From Candidatus Marinacidobacterales bacterium (GTDB lineage: Bacteria; Acidobacteriota; Vicinamibacteria; Marinacidobacterales; DATDRI01), in assembly GCA_965226495.1 (NCBI GenBank), contig OZ245365.1:5984001-6048000 (forward strand): a stretch of 64,000 bases of DNA. The letters run 5' to 3'. Every line of letters begins with the position of its first letter. Within the stretch, counting starts at the first letter, position 1. Positions 19,571 through 30,047 of the stretch are shown one piece after another. The notes under the pieces are model-generated. The model did no database searches. It saw nothing but the letters and a program-made list of their open reading frames with translations, and had not been told where the DNA came from. A program made the translations under genes and the position numbers.

Positions 19571-20059
19571 TCAAGAAGCCGGAGTTGGCTGGATCGGTGG
19601 CGGCGGAGCACTTGTGCCGCCGGCAATTTGCGGTCCCAAGAAAAATGTCAAGATCGAGAGAATCTCCCCACTGTCTCCGAGATAGAGAACGATGACCCGA
19701 CCCTCGAGAAAGAAATGAGGCGTGGCGGGCCACGGGATGAACTCGCCATTGATCGTCACTCCGTCTTCGGAGATAGCGGAGGCGATCGAGATAGCGGTGC
19801 CGGGTCCGATCACCTCGAAGACGAGGACGTCGGCTCCCTGAACGTCGAAGTGCAGAGCAGGGATAGGGAGGAAACCGAAATTTTCCTCGCTGCCCAGCTC
19901 GACGGCGACGCCGTTGGCGAAAAGCTGCTCGGCGAAGTCTGCCAAATCAAAGACTTCCTCGCCGGGAGAGATGGCCTGACCCGTGCTGTTGGTATCGCAC
20001 GCGGCTAGGGCCATGTTCAAGACCAGGAGGAAACCAAGCGGGATGAGGACCTTTTTCAT
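19571..20059 (-). CDS. Putative lipoprotein
   Basis: MKKVLIPLGFLLVLNMALAAC lipobox; start reset to ATG 20059. Confidence 0.7.
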   Translation of the reverse strand: MKKVLIPLGFLLVLNMALAACDTNSTGQAISPGEEVFDLADFAEQLFANGVAVELGSEENFGFLPIPALHFDVQGADVLVFEVIGPGTAISIASAISEDGVTINGEFIPWPATPHFFLEGRVIVLYLGDSGEILSILTFFLGPQIAGGTSAPPPPIQPTPAS

Positions 20060-20191
20060 TGCAGTTACCTCGGCACCTATATTACCCCAACACAAAGGGT
20101 GAGCACCCATGGGCGCGGCTTCCCATGGCTGGGGGGGGCGGGCAACCGCTATGTTACCATGCGCTCCCATAGCGTCCAACTGGAAGTGCCC

Positions 20192-22069
20192 ATGTCCCGT
20201 CGAGCAAAGGCCGCCCTCATCTCTCTGAGTCTCTTCGCCTTCGGAGCGCCTGCCGCTGGACAGGATCTCGACACGATGGTGACCCGGATGGCCAGGATTG
20301 GCTCTTCCTGGTCCCCTAGCTTCTCGCCGGATGGCAGCCGCTTGGCCTTCGTATCCGATCTGACTGGAGTGCCTCAGGTCTGGACCATCCCCACGCAAGG
20401 CGGCTTTCCGGAGCAGGTGACTTCTTTGGGCGATCCCGTCGGGAGCGTTTCATGGTCCCCGGAAGGTTCCTGGCTCAGTTTCTCCCTGGCTCCCGGTGGG
20501 GGTATGAACGCCCAGGTATATATCGTTCGACAAGACGGAACCGGGCTCCGAAGGCTGACCGATGGCGGAAAGGAAACCAATTGGCTGGGGGTGTGGGCAG
20601 ATGACGGCACCGCGCTCACTCTAGGCTCGAACCGAAGGAGCGGTGAGGCCATCGATGCTTATCTCGCGGATATCCCCGGCGGAGAGATCCGGCTGGTCAG
20701 TGAGAACAAGGGCGTCGGCCAGGTCAGCTCCATTAGTGAGGATGGGCGCCACGCCGTTCTCTCCCGACTGCAGAGTCGGGGTGACAACAATCTCTACCTG
20801 ATTCATTTGCAGGGCGGTAGAGAAGTGCACTTGACTCCTCATGAGCCGCCCGGAACGTTCAGCGGCAAGATTACCGCTGATGGCCAAACCGTGTACCTCC
20901 TTTCGAACAAAGGGCGGGATCTCGCTGCCTTCGCCCGGATACGGCTCGGCGACAACGACCGCCCGGGCCCCATCGAAGTGCTGGCGGAACGAAAGGACGG
21001 GGAGCTCCAGGACTTCGCTCTCAGCAAGGATGGAAAAGTTGCCGCCTTGTTCTGGAACGTTGCGGGAAGGAACGAGCTGTCCTTCTTCGACCTCCGCAAA
21101 GTGAAATCGAGACCGGGACCGAAGCTGCCGGGCGAGATCGTCAGCAGTTTCACTCTTTCCGAAGACGCCACGCATTTGGCGATGACGATCTCCGGCGCGA
21201 CGTTGCCGAACGATGTTTGGGTGTATGACCGCAAGAGCGATCGTCTCACGCAAGTGACACGCAGCCCCCATCCCGGGGTGGATCTTTCCACTTTGGTGAG
21301 CCCCCAGCTCGTGAACTTCCAGTCATACGATGGCCTGGAGCTGTCGGGCTGGCTCTACCGACCCCATCATGCGGCTGGAGGAGCGGCGGCAGGCCCGATC
21401 GTTCTGAGCTTCCATGGCGGGCCGGAGGGACAGGAGCGGCCGCGTTTCCGCAGTACGTACCAAGCACTCTTGTCGCAAGGGATCTCGGTTTTCGCACCGA
21501 ACGTGCGCGGTTCCGCCGGCTTCGGGAAACGATTCGTGAACTTGGACAACGGTGCGTTGCGCTTCAATGGGATTCGAGACATCAAAGCGTGTGTCGACTA
21601 CGTGATTGATTCCGGCGTGGCCGATCCCAAGCGTATCGGCGTCATGGGCGGATCCTATGGTGGTTATATGACGATGGCGGGACTCGTCGAGTACCCGGAA
21701 CTTTTTTCTGCGGGAGCCAACCTATTTGGTGTCGTCAACTTCGAAACCTTCTTCAAGTATACCGAGCCTTGGATGGCGGCCATCTCCACGATAGAGTATG
21801 GCGACCCCCAGACCGAGGCAGACCTGCTTCACCGCCTCTCTCCGATTCACAAGATCGATAACGTCGTGGCCCCCACGATCGTGCTTCATGGCGCCAATGA
21901 CACCAACGTTCCCGTGGTCGAGGCGGAGCAGGTCGTTGCCTCACTGAAGAAGCGGGGCATTGCGGTGGAGTACATCCTCTTTGCCGACGAGGGGCACGGA
22001 TTTCGCAAGGAGCCGAATCGTATCCGCTCGGCGGTGGCGATCGTTCGTTGGTTCGTGGAGCACCTGTGA
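20192..22069 (+). CDS. S9-family (prolyl oligopeptidase-like) peptidase with PD40 propeller
   Basis: HGGPE, GGSYGG, HGANDTNVP, DEGHGF; signal peptide. Confidence 0.92.
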   Translation: MSRRAKAALISLSLFAFGAPAAGQDLDTMVTRMARIGSSWSPSFSPDGSRLAFVSDLTGVPQVWTIPTQGGFPEQVTSLGDPVGSVSWSPEGSWLSFSLAPGGGMNAQVYIVRQDGTGLRRLTDGGKETNWLGVWADDGTALTLGSNRRSGEAIDAYLADIPGGEIRLVSENKGVGQVSSISEDGRHAVLSRLQSRGDNNLYLIHLQGGREVHLTPHEPPGTFSGKITADGQTVYLLSNKGRDLAAFARIRLGDNDRPGPIEVLAERKDGELQDFALSKDGKVAALFWNVAGRNELSFFDLRKVKSRPGPKLPGEIVSSFTLSEDATHLAMTISGATLPNDVWVYDRKSDRLTQVTRSPHPGVDLSTLVSPQLVNFQSYDGLELSGWLYRPHHAAGGAAAGPIVLSFHGGPEGQERPRFRSTYQALLSQGISVFAPNVRGSAGFGKRFVNLDNGALRFNGIRDIKACVDYVIDSGVADPKRIGVMGGSYGGYMTMAGLVEYPELFSAGANLFGVVNFETFFKYTEPWMAAISTIEYGDPQTEADLLHRLSPIHKIDNVVAPTIVLHGANDTNVPVVEAEQVVASLKKRGIAVEYILFADEGHGFRKEPNRIRSAVAIVRWFVEHL

Positions 22070-22091
22070 GTATTTCTCTTAGTCCGTTAAT

Positions 22092-22124
22092 CCCTCTCCC
22101 TCTGGGAGAGGGCCTGGGTGAGGG
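22092..22124. repeat. REP-like palindrome CCCTCTCCC..TGGGAGAGGG...GGGTGAGGG
   Basis: Hairpin between convergent genes; related copies at 47968 and in 7001-7223. Confidence 0.75.
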
Positions 22125-22126
22125 TC

Positions 22127-22557
22127 CTACCCCTTGACTTTGGCCACGACGAGCGTGACGTCGTCCGCAAGGGGGGCGCCGCGAGTGAACTCGGTCAACC
22201 CCGAAAGGACGCCCTCTTTAATGGCATCCGCACCTCACGGCGGAAGCGTTCTAACTTGGTCTCGTCGCCCTGGATGTCCTCGGGAAGAAATTTTAGGGCG
22301 ACCGCTTGACCGAGCTCGAGGTCGTTGGCTCGGTAGACCTCGCCCATGCCGCCTCTGCCTACGCGCAGTTCGATGCGGTAACGTTCGGCTAAGACGTCGC
22401 CGGGGCTGAATCTAACTTTTTCGGACTTCCGGGGAGCCGACAGCGAAAGCTGTGCCTTGGTGACGGTCGAAGAGAGCTGTTCCAGCGGCTCGCCGCAGGA
22501 AGGGCAGAAGCGGTTCTCCTGGGTGATTTCCTCCGAGCAGGCTGGGCAGTTCAGCAT
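22127..22557 (-). pseudogene. Zinc-ribbon Ser/Thr kinase N-terminus joined out of frame to a SpoIIE/PP2C phosphatase C-terminus
   Basis: [29 protein letters not shown]; another frame then reads [32 protein letters not shown]. Confidence 0.75.
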
Positions 22558-22606
22558 GTGTGGATTCCGAAATGTCGAGCGACGGAAATGTTAGCGGTTC
22601 TCCTGG

Positions 22607-23230
22607 GTGATTTCCTCCGAGTTGGCGAGAAGCGCCGACGCAACTCTATCGCCCTTGCAGAGTTACCAAGGGCAGGGTTTAATTCCAGACAAGATGCTGC
22701 ACTGGCTGAGGGAATCGCTCTTCGGGTACTTGGTCTTTCTGGCGTTCGTCTGGGTCCTCATCCCCAGTGCGCTCGTCTACTTCATCGTCTTCCGCCGACG
22801 GTGGCGCGATCGTCTGATGGGTGCATCGATCACCATCGCCGTTTTGGTGACCAACGCTTATCTCTTTTGGCCCATCTTTACACTGAACGACGGGCCCTTC
22901 TACTCGGAGCCCTATGAAGGGGACCTTGCGGCCATGGAGCTATATAGCGAAACGCCTCTCCAACGATTAGGCGAGACGGTCTACCGCCTGGAGGTCCGGG
23001 TCGGACACGACAAGAACGTGTTTGTCCTGAGGGATCCCGACGGGACGTTGCGCTGGCAGCGAGTGCCCGACCATGACGGCCCGCTCGGCAAGATTCGGCT
23101 CAGAGAGCAATACACGCGCCTTTCGTGGTGGGGCGGCTGGACGGTGGCCATCGATCCCGAAAAGCAGGAAGGCGGGTCCCTCTATCTTGGCCCGCTCGGG
23201 GGATTTCGCTACTTCTATCTAAGCTGGTAG
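22607..23230 (+). CDS. Hypothetical membrane protein (start uncertain)
   Basis: Two hydrophobic helices followed by a soluble domain. Confidence 0.55.
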   Translation: MISSELARSADATLSPLQSYQGQGLIPDKMLHWLRESLFGYLVFLAFVWVLIPSALVYFIVFRRRWRDRLMGASITIAVLVTNAYLFWPIFTLNDGPFYSEPYEGDLAAMELYSETPLQRLGETVYRLEVRVGHDKNVFVLRDPDGTLRWQRVPDHDGPLGKIRLREQYTRLSWWGGWTVAIDPEKQEGGSLYLGPLGGFRYFYLSW

Positions 23231-23248
23231 AGAATTGAAGCGGTAGAG

Positions 23249-24125
23249 TTGCGACGGCTCTCCACTTTATCCCACCGCTCGGCCGGTCGCTGGGTCGTCG
23301 GCGTGATCCTCGTCGCTCGAAAAAGAATGCCGCGATATGGGCTGGCCTGGTGTTGGGAATCGCCGCGGCTATCCGCTATAGCGAAATCCTCTTCGTCGTT
23401 CCTGGTCTCATCCATCTCGCTTTGGACAAACGCTACCGTGACGGAGCCGTCTTCGTGGTTAGCTTCGTCTGCTCGCTGTTCCTCGTCCTCGAAGTCACCA
23501 ACGGTCTTTATTGGGGGGAGCGACTGGTTGACCTTCGGCCTTGCATTGGCCTCTTTGAAGTGGGCGCCGTCTCGGATGGCGTGGTGGGCATTCCTTCCCG
23601 TGGTTTTGCTGAGTTTCTTGTCTCACAAAGAAGCTCGCTATCTATTACCCGTGGTTCCTTTCGTCGTCATGTTGGCAGCGGCGGTCTTTTGGCAACTGCT
23701 ATCGAGTTCCAAGGGGTGCGCACGGCCATGGTCGGGGGACTGCTCATAGCGATGGTCGCGCTGGGACTGACTCTTCTCCGCTTTCGGAGCTCGGAGGAAG
23801 CGGTGGATGCGGCACGTTACGTCGCAGAAAGCGCGGACGGTGGCGTCGTGGTGCAGCGATGGACTTCGGGTTGAAGGCTGTACTTATGGAAGCTCCCGCG
23901 GTTCGAGCGTCTCACCCAGGAGCAGATGGAAGATCGAGAGGTCTTTCGTGCGAGCATCTCGCAGGAGTGTATTTCGTGGGTGTTCGTCGATGGGCAGGAC
24001 GTCGACCGATTGGATTACGAGGGAGTTCTGGTAGAGCTGGAGTACGAAGCCGTCCTTTTTCCCACTCGCCGCCGGTCGGGCGAACACAAACTGTTCCGGC
24101 GATAGAGATCGTGCCGCGGAGCCTT
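23249..24125 (+). pseudogene. Decayed membrane glycosyltransferase (Alg9/GT22-like)
   Basis: SHKEARYLLP resembles the HKExRF motif; hydrophobic fragments are spread over several frames. Confidence 0.5.
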
Positions 24126-25098
24126 AGCGAATCGCGATCGGCCTCGCCGGCGAGCCGGTGGCTCCCTTGAAACGAATCGGCGTCATGATGAAGAGAAACT
24201 CCGTGACACCGTCCCGAGCGAGCTCCTCGAGGGCCATATTCTCGAGGTTGAAGATTCCGTTCTTGGTGATGATCTCTTGGTGGATGGGGTAGGCAAGGTT
24301 GGGATCGGGATTGGGAACGACTTCCGTGGAGCCGCCGTCCGAGCCGACCATCGAGGGTTTGCGGTCGATGACCCACGTAGCGGCTTCGAAGCCGATTCCG
24401 GGCATGTTTCCCTGGTTCTTGACGGGATCGCTCCATGTCTTCGACCAGCCGTAGCGAAAAATGAGGGCGTCGCCCGACTGGATGTCATCCTCCGACAAGC
24501 CTTGCTTGGCGAGCGCTCCTTGGATGTCGGCCAGCGTCACCTCGTAGCCCGGCCCCAGCATGTCGACTCCCTTGTACCCCGCGACATCGATGAGGATGCC
24601 GCGCGTGAAGATAGGTTTCACGTGCTCGATGCCGAGCTTCTTTAGGCCGTACGGACTCTTCATCTCCGCGACCGTATGTCCGTTGTAGAAGATGTTCTTC
24701 ACCGACCCGTCGTCTGCGGTCACCTCTGTCCCGACGTGTCCCAACCCGTCGAACTGCGTTCCCACCTGTCCGATTTCAGCGCAGACAAACTCGTCGTGGT
24801 ACACGATCTTGTTTTCGCCGAGCGGCCCGCCGGTCGGGGAGCCGGGGATGAACATCGCGTAGGATCGACCGGGGAAGAGAGGCATTCCTCGCTCGTAGAC
24901 ATGCCCCAGCTCATAGACCTGGCCCGATTTCACGAGCCGGCTCGCCTCGAGAATCTTCTCCGGAGTGATCCAGTTGGATCCGCCCGCCTGGTCGCCTTCT
25001 CCCCAAATGGGATGCGGCCACCAGGGTTCGGTTTGCGCACCGACCCCGGGCGCTCCGAAGGTGGCGACCAAAAAGGCGAGTAACAGCGTCTTCTTCAT
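24124..25098 (-). CDS. Cyclase-family (kynurenine formamidase-like) protein, secreted
   Basis: GTQFDGLGH, TRGILID, GIFNLEN, KGATGSP; start at ATG 25098 (MKKTLL). Confidence 0.85.
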   Translation of the reverse strand: MKKTLLLAFLVATFGAPGVGAQTEPWWPHPIWGEGDQAGGSNWITPEKILEASRLVKSGQVYELGHVYERGMPLFPGRSYAMFIPGSPTGGPLGENKIVYHDEFVCAEIGQVGTQFDGLGHVGTEVTADDGSVKNIFYNGHTVAEMKSPYGLKKLGIEHVKPIFTRGILIDVAGYKGVDMLGPGYEVTLADIQGALAKQGLSEDDIQSGDALIFRYGWSKTWSDPVKNQGNMPGIGFEAATWVIDRKPSMVGSDGGSTEVVPNPDPNLAYPIHQEIITKNGIFNLENMALEELARDGVTEFLFIMTPIRFKGATGSPARPIAIR

Positions 25099-26402
25099 GG
25101 CGTCACCGGCATCACCGTATCCGTGGAGCGATTGTCGCGGACGATCTTTCCGCCTTGGATAACCAAAATCGGTTGGGTAAGCACCTTGATATTCTCGAGG
25201 GGATTGCCGGGAACGACGATGAGATCGGCAAGCTTCCCCACCTCCAACGTTCCGACCGAGTCGGCCACGCCGCACGCCATGGCGCCGACGCGGGTTGCGG
25301 CCTCGATCGCTTCCTGGTGCGAGTACCCCCACGTGATGAACTGCTCGAGCTCTTCGATGAAGTAGTTGCCGATCTCGCCTTGCCGCCCGCCCTCGACGTC
25401 GGTCGCAATCGCCATGGGCACGCCGGCCTCATGCATCTTGCGGAATCGGTCCTCGGCATGTGCGCGCGTCAGTTGGAAGCGGATATCCGACTCGCTCGGC
25501 TCACGCGTTCTCCTTCCGATGCCGCGAATCGTCGGCACGACGATGGTCCCTTTTTCCTTCATCATCGCGATGACCGCCGCCTGGTTCTTCATTGGGTAAA
25601 GATGTTCGATCGTGTCGGCGCCCGCCGCAACCGCCCACTCCACCATCATCAACTCTGGATCTGAGTACCAGTCGGGCGACACCGGCTTCCCGCCTTTTCG
25701 CCCTCCCGCATGGACCGCAATCATGGCACCGAGGTTGTGCGTCTCCTCGATGGCGATCTCGATCTCTTCGCGAGTAAAGGGTGACGTGACTTTGGTGACA
25801 TCCGCTCCCAGTTTGAAATTCTGGCGGATGTGTCGTCGCCATTCTCCTGGGGTGTCCGAGGCAAGGAGCCACTTCGGTGGCACCATCAACTCAAACTCGG
25901 AGGCGTGCGCCCCGGTCTGCCCCACCACGCCGTTCGCCACGATGAGTCGGGGTCCTTCGATGTAGCCATTCGCCAGTGCCTGCTTCAGGCCGATGCCCAC
26001 GTTGTGCCGCGACCCGAGATCGCGCATCAGGGTGATGCCGGCATCGAGCGCTTGCCGCAGGATCGCCGACGCACGAAGCGCGGAAAGCGAATCGTCTTCG
26101 AAGTCTCTGGGGGCGGCAAGGAAGAAGGCCGGGTGCACGTGAACGTCCGCGAGACCGGGAAGAACGGTGGCCCCCGATACGTCAATGACTTCCGCTCCTG
26201 CGGGAATGCGGACTCGATCCTTCGGACCCACCTCGGTGATGCGTTCCCCTTGGATGACGACCGCATAGTCCTCGTTGACGCCGGCGCCCGTTGCGTCGAT
26301 GAGCCGATCGCCGATTATGACGATGGAGTTGGTCTCGGAATCCTGGGCGGCGGCGCTCGCGGCGATCAGGATCGTGGACAGGAAAAGCGTTGCTGATTTC
26401 AT
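25095..26402 (-). CDS. Amidohydrolase family protein, secreted
   Basis: LPGLADVHVH, AVHA, TIEH, ATD, GKLADLIVV. Confidence 0.88.
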   Translation of the reverse strand: MKSATLFLSTILIAASAAAQDSETNSIVIIGDRLIDATGAGVNEDYAVVIQGERITEVGPKDRVRIPAGAEVIDVSGATVLPGLADVHVHPAFFLAAPRDFEDDSLSALRASAILRQALDAGITLMRDLGSRHNVGIGLKQALANGYIEGPRLIVANGVVGQTGAHASEFELMVPPKWLLASDTPGEWRRHIRQNFKLGADVTKVTSPFTREEIEIAIEETHNLGAMIAVHAGGRKGGKPVSPDWYSDPELMMVEWAVAAGADTIEHLYPMKNQAAVIAMMKEKGTIVVPTIRGIGRRTREPSESDIRFQLTRAHAEDRFRKMHEAGVPMAIATDVEGGRQGEIGNYFIEELEQFITWGYSHQEAIEAATRVGAMACGVADSVGTLEVGKLADLIVVPGNPLENIKVLTQPILVIQGGKIVRDNRSTDTVMPVTP

Positions 26403-26468
26403 GGAATCCTCCGATTATTGTCGGAGGATGATATCCCCGCGGGGGATGCTGAAGCAATCTAATAGAGG

Positions 26469-26918
26469 CTATTTGCCAGGGAAGGTGTTCGTCGGAAGCG
26501 GCATTTTCTCGTTCGAATCGTCTCCTTCGGGCCTTTCGGGCCCTCCGAGGACACTCGAACTAAAGGCGACCCGGAACTCGGGTCGTTGAAGAATGGCGTA
26601 GAGCGTCTTGAGTTGTTCTTCTTCGAGCCGGGAGAATTTGACGCCGTGGACGAAACTGGATTTGCCGGCTTCTTGCTGTGTGCTCCACATGACGTTGGCT
26701 TCGGTCACGAAGGGCTCCATGTCGCGATCGAAGCTGATTCGTAGAAGGATGGTCGAACCGGCTGCGTAGGAAATGCCTGTATCGAAGCTGCACCCTGCCT
26801 CGGAGATGTCGGTGATCAAACCGAAGGCCTGGCCGTGCTGCACGTCGTGGATCGCCACTGGGATAGAGTTCTGCGGCACCAGCCGAGGGAACTTTCGATT
26901 CGCAAGGTATTTGCTCAT
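26469..26918 (-). CDS. PilZ domain protein
   Basis: RKFPR (RxxxR) and DISEAG (D/NxSxxG). Confidence 0.8.
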   Translation of the reverse strand: MSKYLANRKFPRLVPQNSIPVAIHDVQHGQAFGLITDISEAGCSFDTGISYAAGSTILLRISFDRDMEPFVTEANVMWSTQQEAGKSSFVHGVKFSRLEEEQLKTLYAILQRPEFRVAFSSSVLGGPERPEGDDSNEKMPLPTNTFPGK

Positions 26919-27084
26919 TTCTCTCCTTTAAACCACCTAATCCCTATGGCAACTATCACGCCAGTTCTGACCCTCGGACCCTATGCTAGATCGCGTGCAA
27001 TGACAGTCATTTAGCCGAAGGGAGCTGGGCGAGCTCCGGCGGTAGTGGAGGGAAACTCCTACGTCTTAGGGGGAAACTCAGACG

Positions 27085-27153
27085 CTCGCGGCTTTGGTGC
27101 CTGCCTATCGGGCGTCGCGCGTCGACCCAATTCTTGCGCTCCGGGACGAATAG
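27085..27153 (+). pseudogene. Second orphan ABC-permease C-terminal tail
   Basis: LAALVPAYRASRVDPILALRDE*. Confidence 0.65.
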
Positions 27154-27155
27154 AT

Positions 27156-28241
27156 CTATAGACGACGCGGTTTGTGTTTTTTCACCGCCTTGTGAAGAGC
27201 GGCGGTCTTCTTGTTCTCGATCCTTCTCGCGGCGTCGTCCTGTTGAAGCTCCAAGAAACGGAGCTCTTTTCCGAGAGCCCGAAAGCTTTCGAGTCGGTCG
27301 GCACCGAGCTGTCCGTTTTCTACTGCACCGAGGACAGCGCAACCCGGTTCACTCTCATGGCTACAGTCCCGGAACTGGCAATCCGCGGTAAGTTCTTCGA
27401 TGTCCTTGAACGCGTCGCCGAGCCCTTCGTCGGCACTCCAGAGTGCGAGCTCTCGAATCCCCGGATTATCGATCAGCAAGCCCCCTTCCGGGAGCAGAAC
27501 GAGCTGACGATGTGTGGTCGTGTGCTTCCCTTTTTCATCTCGTGCTCGGACCTCCTGCGTCCGCAGTACGTCTCTTCCACAGAGACGATTGACCAACGTC
27601 GATTTTCCGACGCCAGACGATCCGATGAGTGCAATCGTCTCGCCCTTATTAATGTAGGAGCCCAGGGCCGAGAGACCGTCGCCGGCCAAGAAACTTACCG
27701 TCAGCACAGTAGCTCCTGGCGCGATGGTCTCGATTTCGTCACGCCTTTCGTCCAGCGTATCGCAGAGATCGGCCTTGTTGAGGACCACCACCGGGAGAGC
27801 GCCGCTTTCCCAGGCGGTAACCAGCAAACGCTCCATCCGTCGCGGATTGAAATCACCGTCCAATCCCATCACCAGGAAGACGGTGTCGAGGTTCGCAGCA
27901 ACAGCTTGCTCCCGAGTTCGCGTCCCCGCCACTTTGCGGGAAAACTTGCTCTTCCTGGGAAGGACCGCTTGGATTCGGGCCTGGGAATCTCCGGCCCTTG
28001 GCGACTCGATGGCCACCCAATCACCCACGATTGGCAGATCATGTGGTTCGTCAGCTTGATGCCGCATCCGACCGGTGGTGACGGCGTCGATCTCTCCGGC
28101 GTCGGTTACGAGCCGGTAGTGACCGCGCGTCTCGAAGACGACGCGTCCCGGCGAAAGACTTTGTCCGTGGTAGGGCTCGAAGGCGTCGGCAAAGAAGGCC
28201 GACCAGCCATAGTCAACTATGCTCATTGGAGTTTCCCCCAT
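27156..28241 (-). CDS. rsgA: Ribosome small subunit-dependent GTPase A
   Basis: VGDWV, NKAD, GSSGVGKSTL, GKHTTT, DNPGIRE, CQFRDCSHESEPGC. Confidence 0.93.
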   Translation of the reverse strand: MGETPMSIVDYGWSAFFADAFEPYHGQSLSPGRVVFETRGHYRLVTDAGEIDAVTTGRMRHQADEPHDLPIVGDWVAIESPRAGDSQARIQAVLPRKSKFSRKVAGTRTREQAVAANLDTVFLVMGLDGDFNPRRMERLLVTAWESGALPVVVLNKADLCDTLDERRDEIETIAPGATVLTVSFLAGDGLSALGSYINKGETIALIGSSGVGKSTLVNRLCGRDVLRTQEVRARDEKGKHTTTHRQLVLLPEGGLLIDNPGIRELALWSADEGLGDAFKDIEELTADCQFRDCSHESEPGCAVLGAVENGQLGADRLESFRALGKELRFLELQQDDAARRIENKKTAALHKAVKKHKPRRL

Positions 28242-28420
28242 GGAAACAGATACAGAACGATTTGTCTGAGGAGAAGGCGAGCCGAGGATTAACGGATCGC
28301 CGCGTCCGGGAAACCGACTAGGCTGGTCTAAACAATCATAGGCGAGTTAGTGTCGCACGATCGGCTCAAAGAGGCAAGTCGTTTGAATCGAACACGGAAG
28401 AGGATCTAGTCGGAGACCGT

Positions 28421-28708
28421 TCACATCCTGAACTGCGGAAGGAAGTGCCACGCCTCAAGAACTCCGATCACCCCGACTAGGATGAACACCAGGCCAATCC
28501 AAGCAGATTCGAGGTTGCGGTAGCGGAAGAGACCGAACAGTGAGTTGGCGATAAGAACGATCCCAGCGACCGGGGCGAGCAGCACCAATGCGAGAAAGTG
28601 GTACGCGTCACCGTCAGTCACGAAGCATACATAGAACAGAGGGCCGGCAACCAGAGCGCTGCAGAGGACTCGACAGGTGAGTGTAAAACCACCGAGTCGT
28701 CGGCTCAT
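28421..28708 (-). CDS. Small membrane protein (possible cassette)
   Basis: Three hydrophobic segments; GTT-core motifs upstream at about 28740-28764. Confidence 0.55.
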   Translation of the reverse strand: MSRRLGGFTLTCRVLCSALVAGPLFYVCFVTDGDAYHFLALVLLAPVAGIVLIANSLFGLFRYRNLESAWIGLVFILVGVIGVLEAWHFLPQFRM

Positions 28709-28939
28709 GCGCTCAATCTATGATTACCGTCGGTAATCCATACAACAGTGTAGTTTGGCCCAACTTGTTCCGAATTAGTAGCTTGTGCGGCGACACGGGT
28801 TTTGTGACGTCGGAATTTTTTACAAGAAGGCTGGAGGTTCTTTTGTAAAGTCATTCTAAGTCAGTAGGTTAGAGGGGAGTCCTTGTGGCACGCCGCTTGC
28901 GTTAAAATCGAAGAGGTTTGCGCACGAAAGAGGTCTCTT

Positions 28940-29692
28940 ATGCAGCTAGGCAGGAACTGGAACGGCGTCGCTAGAAGCGGAATCCTCATTGCCGTTGTGA
29001 TGCTCGCTCCCGCGATGTCGCAGGCCACCGTGCTCTATGATGCATCCTTAGGCACAGCGCCATCCTCACAAGGCTGGGTTTTACCTTTCCCCCCTCTGGC
29101 CGAATCCGTGTCGGTCGGCGTTCTGAGCTTCGAAAGCACATTGCTGGGCTCTGCCGGCTACGTTAAGTCGCCTCCCGTTCTGCTGGATGCGGATGCCGGC
29201 TATCGACTTGCCTTCGAGCTCCGCGTCGTCTCGGAGTCGGCGGGCGCTTCCGTGAATCGTGCGCCGTTCAGCCTCACCGCGGTGTCCGCTAATACCAACC
29301 AAGCGATCGAGCTCGGGTTCAAGCCCGGTGAGATCTTCTCCCAGGATGATTCTCCGCTGTTCGTGCGCGGCGAAGTGGCGGCTTTCACAACGTTCGACTT
29401 CGTCTTATACGAGCTCTTAGTTCAGGGCCCGGGATACCAGCTGCTGGCGAACGGCTCGTCGCTTCTTTCGGGAATGCTTCGCGATTACACTCCGTTCGTA
29501 GGCATCATCGATCCGTACGGAATTCCGAACTTCCTCTTCTTCGGCGACAACACCAGCTCATCGGGAGGCGCCTGGCAGCTCAAGACGCTCGAGCTGACCG
29601 GATTGCCGTGGTCCGAAGTGCCCGAACCTAGCTCGCTCTCACTCGTTTTGCTTGCGGGACTCGTCGCCGTGCTCCGACGGCGGCGGATCTAA
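28940..29692 (+). CDS. PEP-CTERM sorting domain protein
   Basis: C-terminal VPEPSSLSLVLLAGLVAVLRRRR and an N-terminal signal peptide. Confidence 0.88.
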   Translation: MQLGRNWNGVARSGILIAVVMLAPAMSQATVLYDASLGTAPSSQGWVLPFPPLAESVSVGVLSFESTLLGSAGYVKSPPVLLDADAGYRLAFELRVVSESAGASVNRAPFSLTAVSANTNQAIELGFKPGEIFSQDDSPLFVRGEVAAFTTFDFVLYELLVQGPGYQLLANGSSLLSGMLRDYTPFVGIIDPYGIPNFLFFGDNTSSSGGAWQLKTLELTGLPWSEVPEPSSLSLVLLAGLVAVLRRRRI

Positions 29693-29739
29693 TCCTCGCG
29701 CGTTGTCGTCGAACAGCGTGGACCAGAGAGTGAGAGGAC

Positions 29740-29904
29740 TCAGGTGCGCCCCTCTAGCGCGTGATCTCCCGCCATTCGACCATGCGATGCACCGTAACCC
29801 CATTTTGGCATTCGATCGCGAAGGGACATCGAGAATACATCCTCCGGCCTCTTGAAGGTAGGATCCAGCAGCTCGTGTTCTGCCCCGCAGATCTCGCATT
29901 TCAT
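29740..29904 (-). pseudogene. Truncated cassette ORF, DUF2199-like N-terminus
   Basis: MKCEICGAEHELLDPTFKRPEDV with RBS GAGGAG, directly after an attC site. Confidence 0.45.
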
Positions 29905-29923
29905 TGATCACGGCTCCTCGTCT

Positions 29924-30044
29924 ACCCAACAGTTGCGATAAGGGGCCGTACGGTCAAAACGTTCCCGGAGGCTCGACGCACCGACCACGTGCCCTCACAC
30001 GCTAACGAAGTCTAAGTACCGTTCGCTCGATCGCATAGTTAGGC
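29924..30044 (-). other. attC site
   Basis: ACCCAAC...GTTAGGC ends with TGCGAT/ATCGCA inner pairing, 3 nt from the class D beta-lactamase stop. Confidence 0.75.
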
Positions 30045-30047
30045 CGC

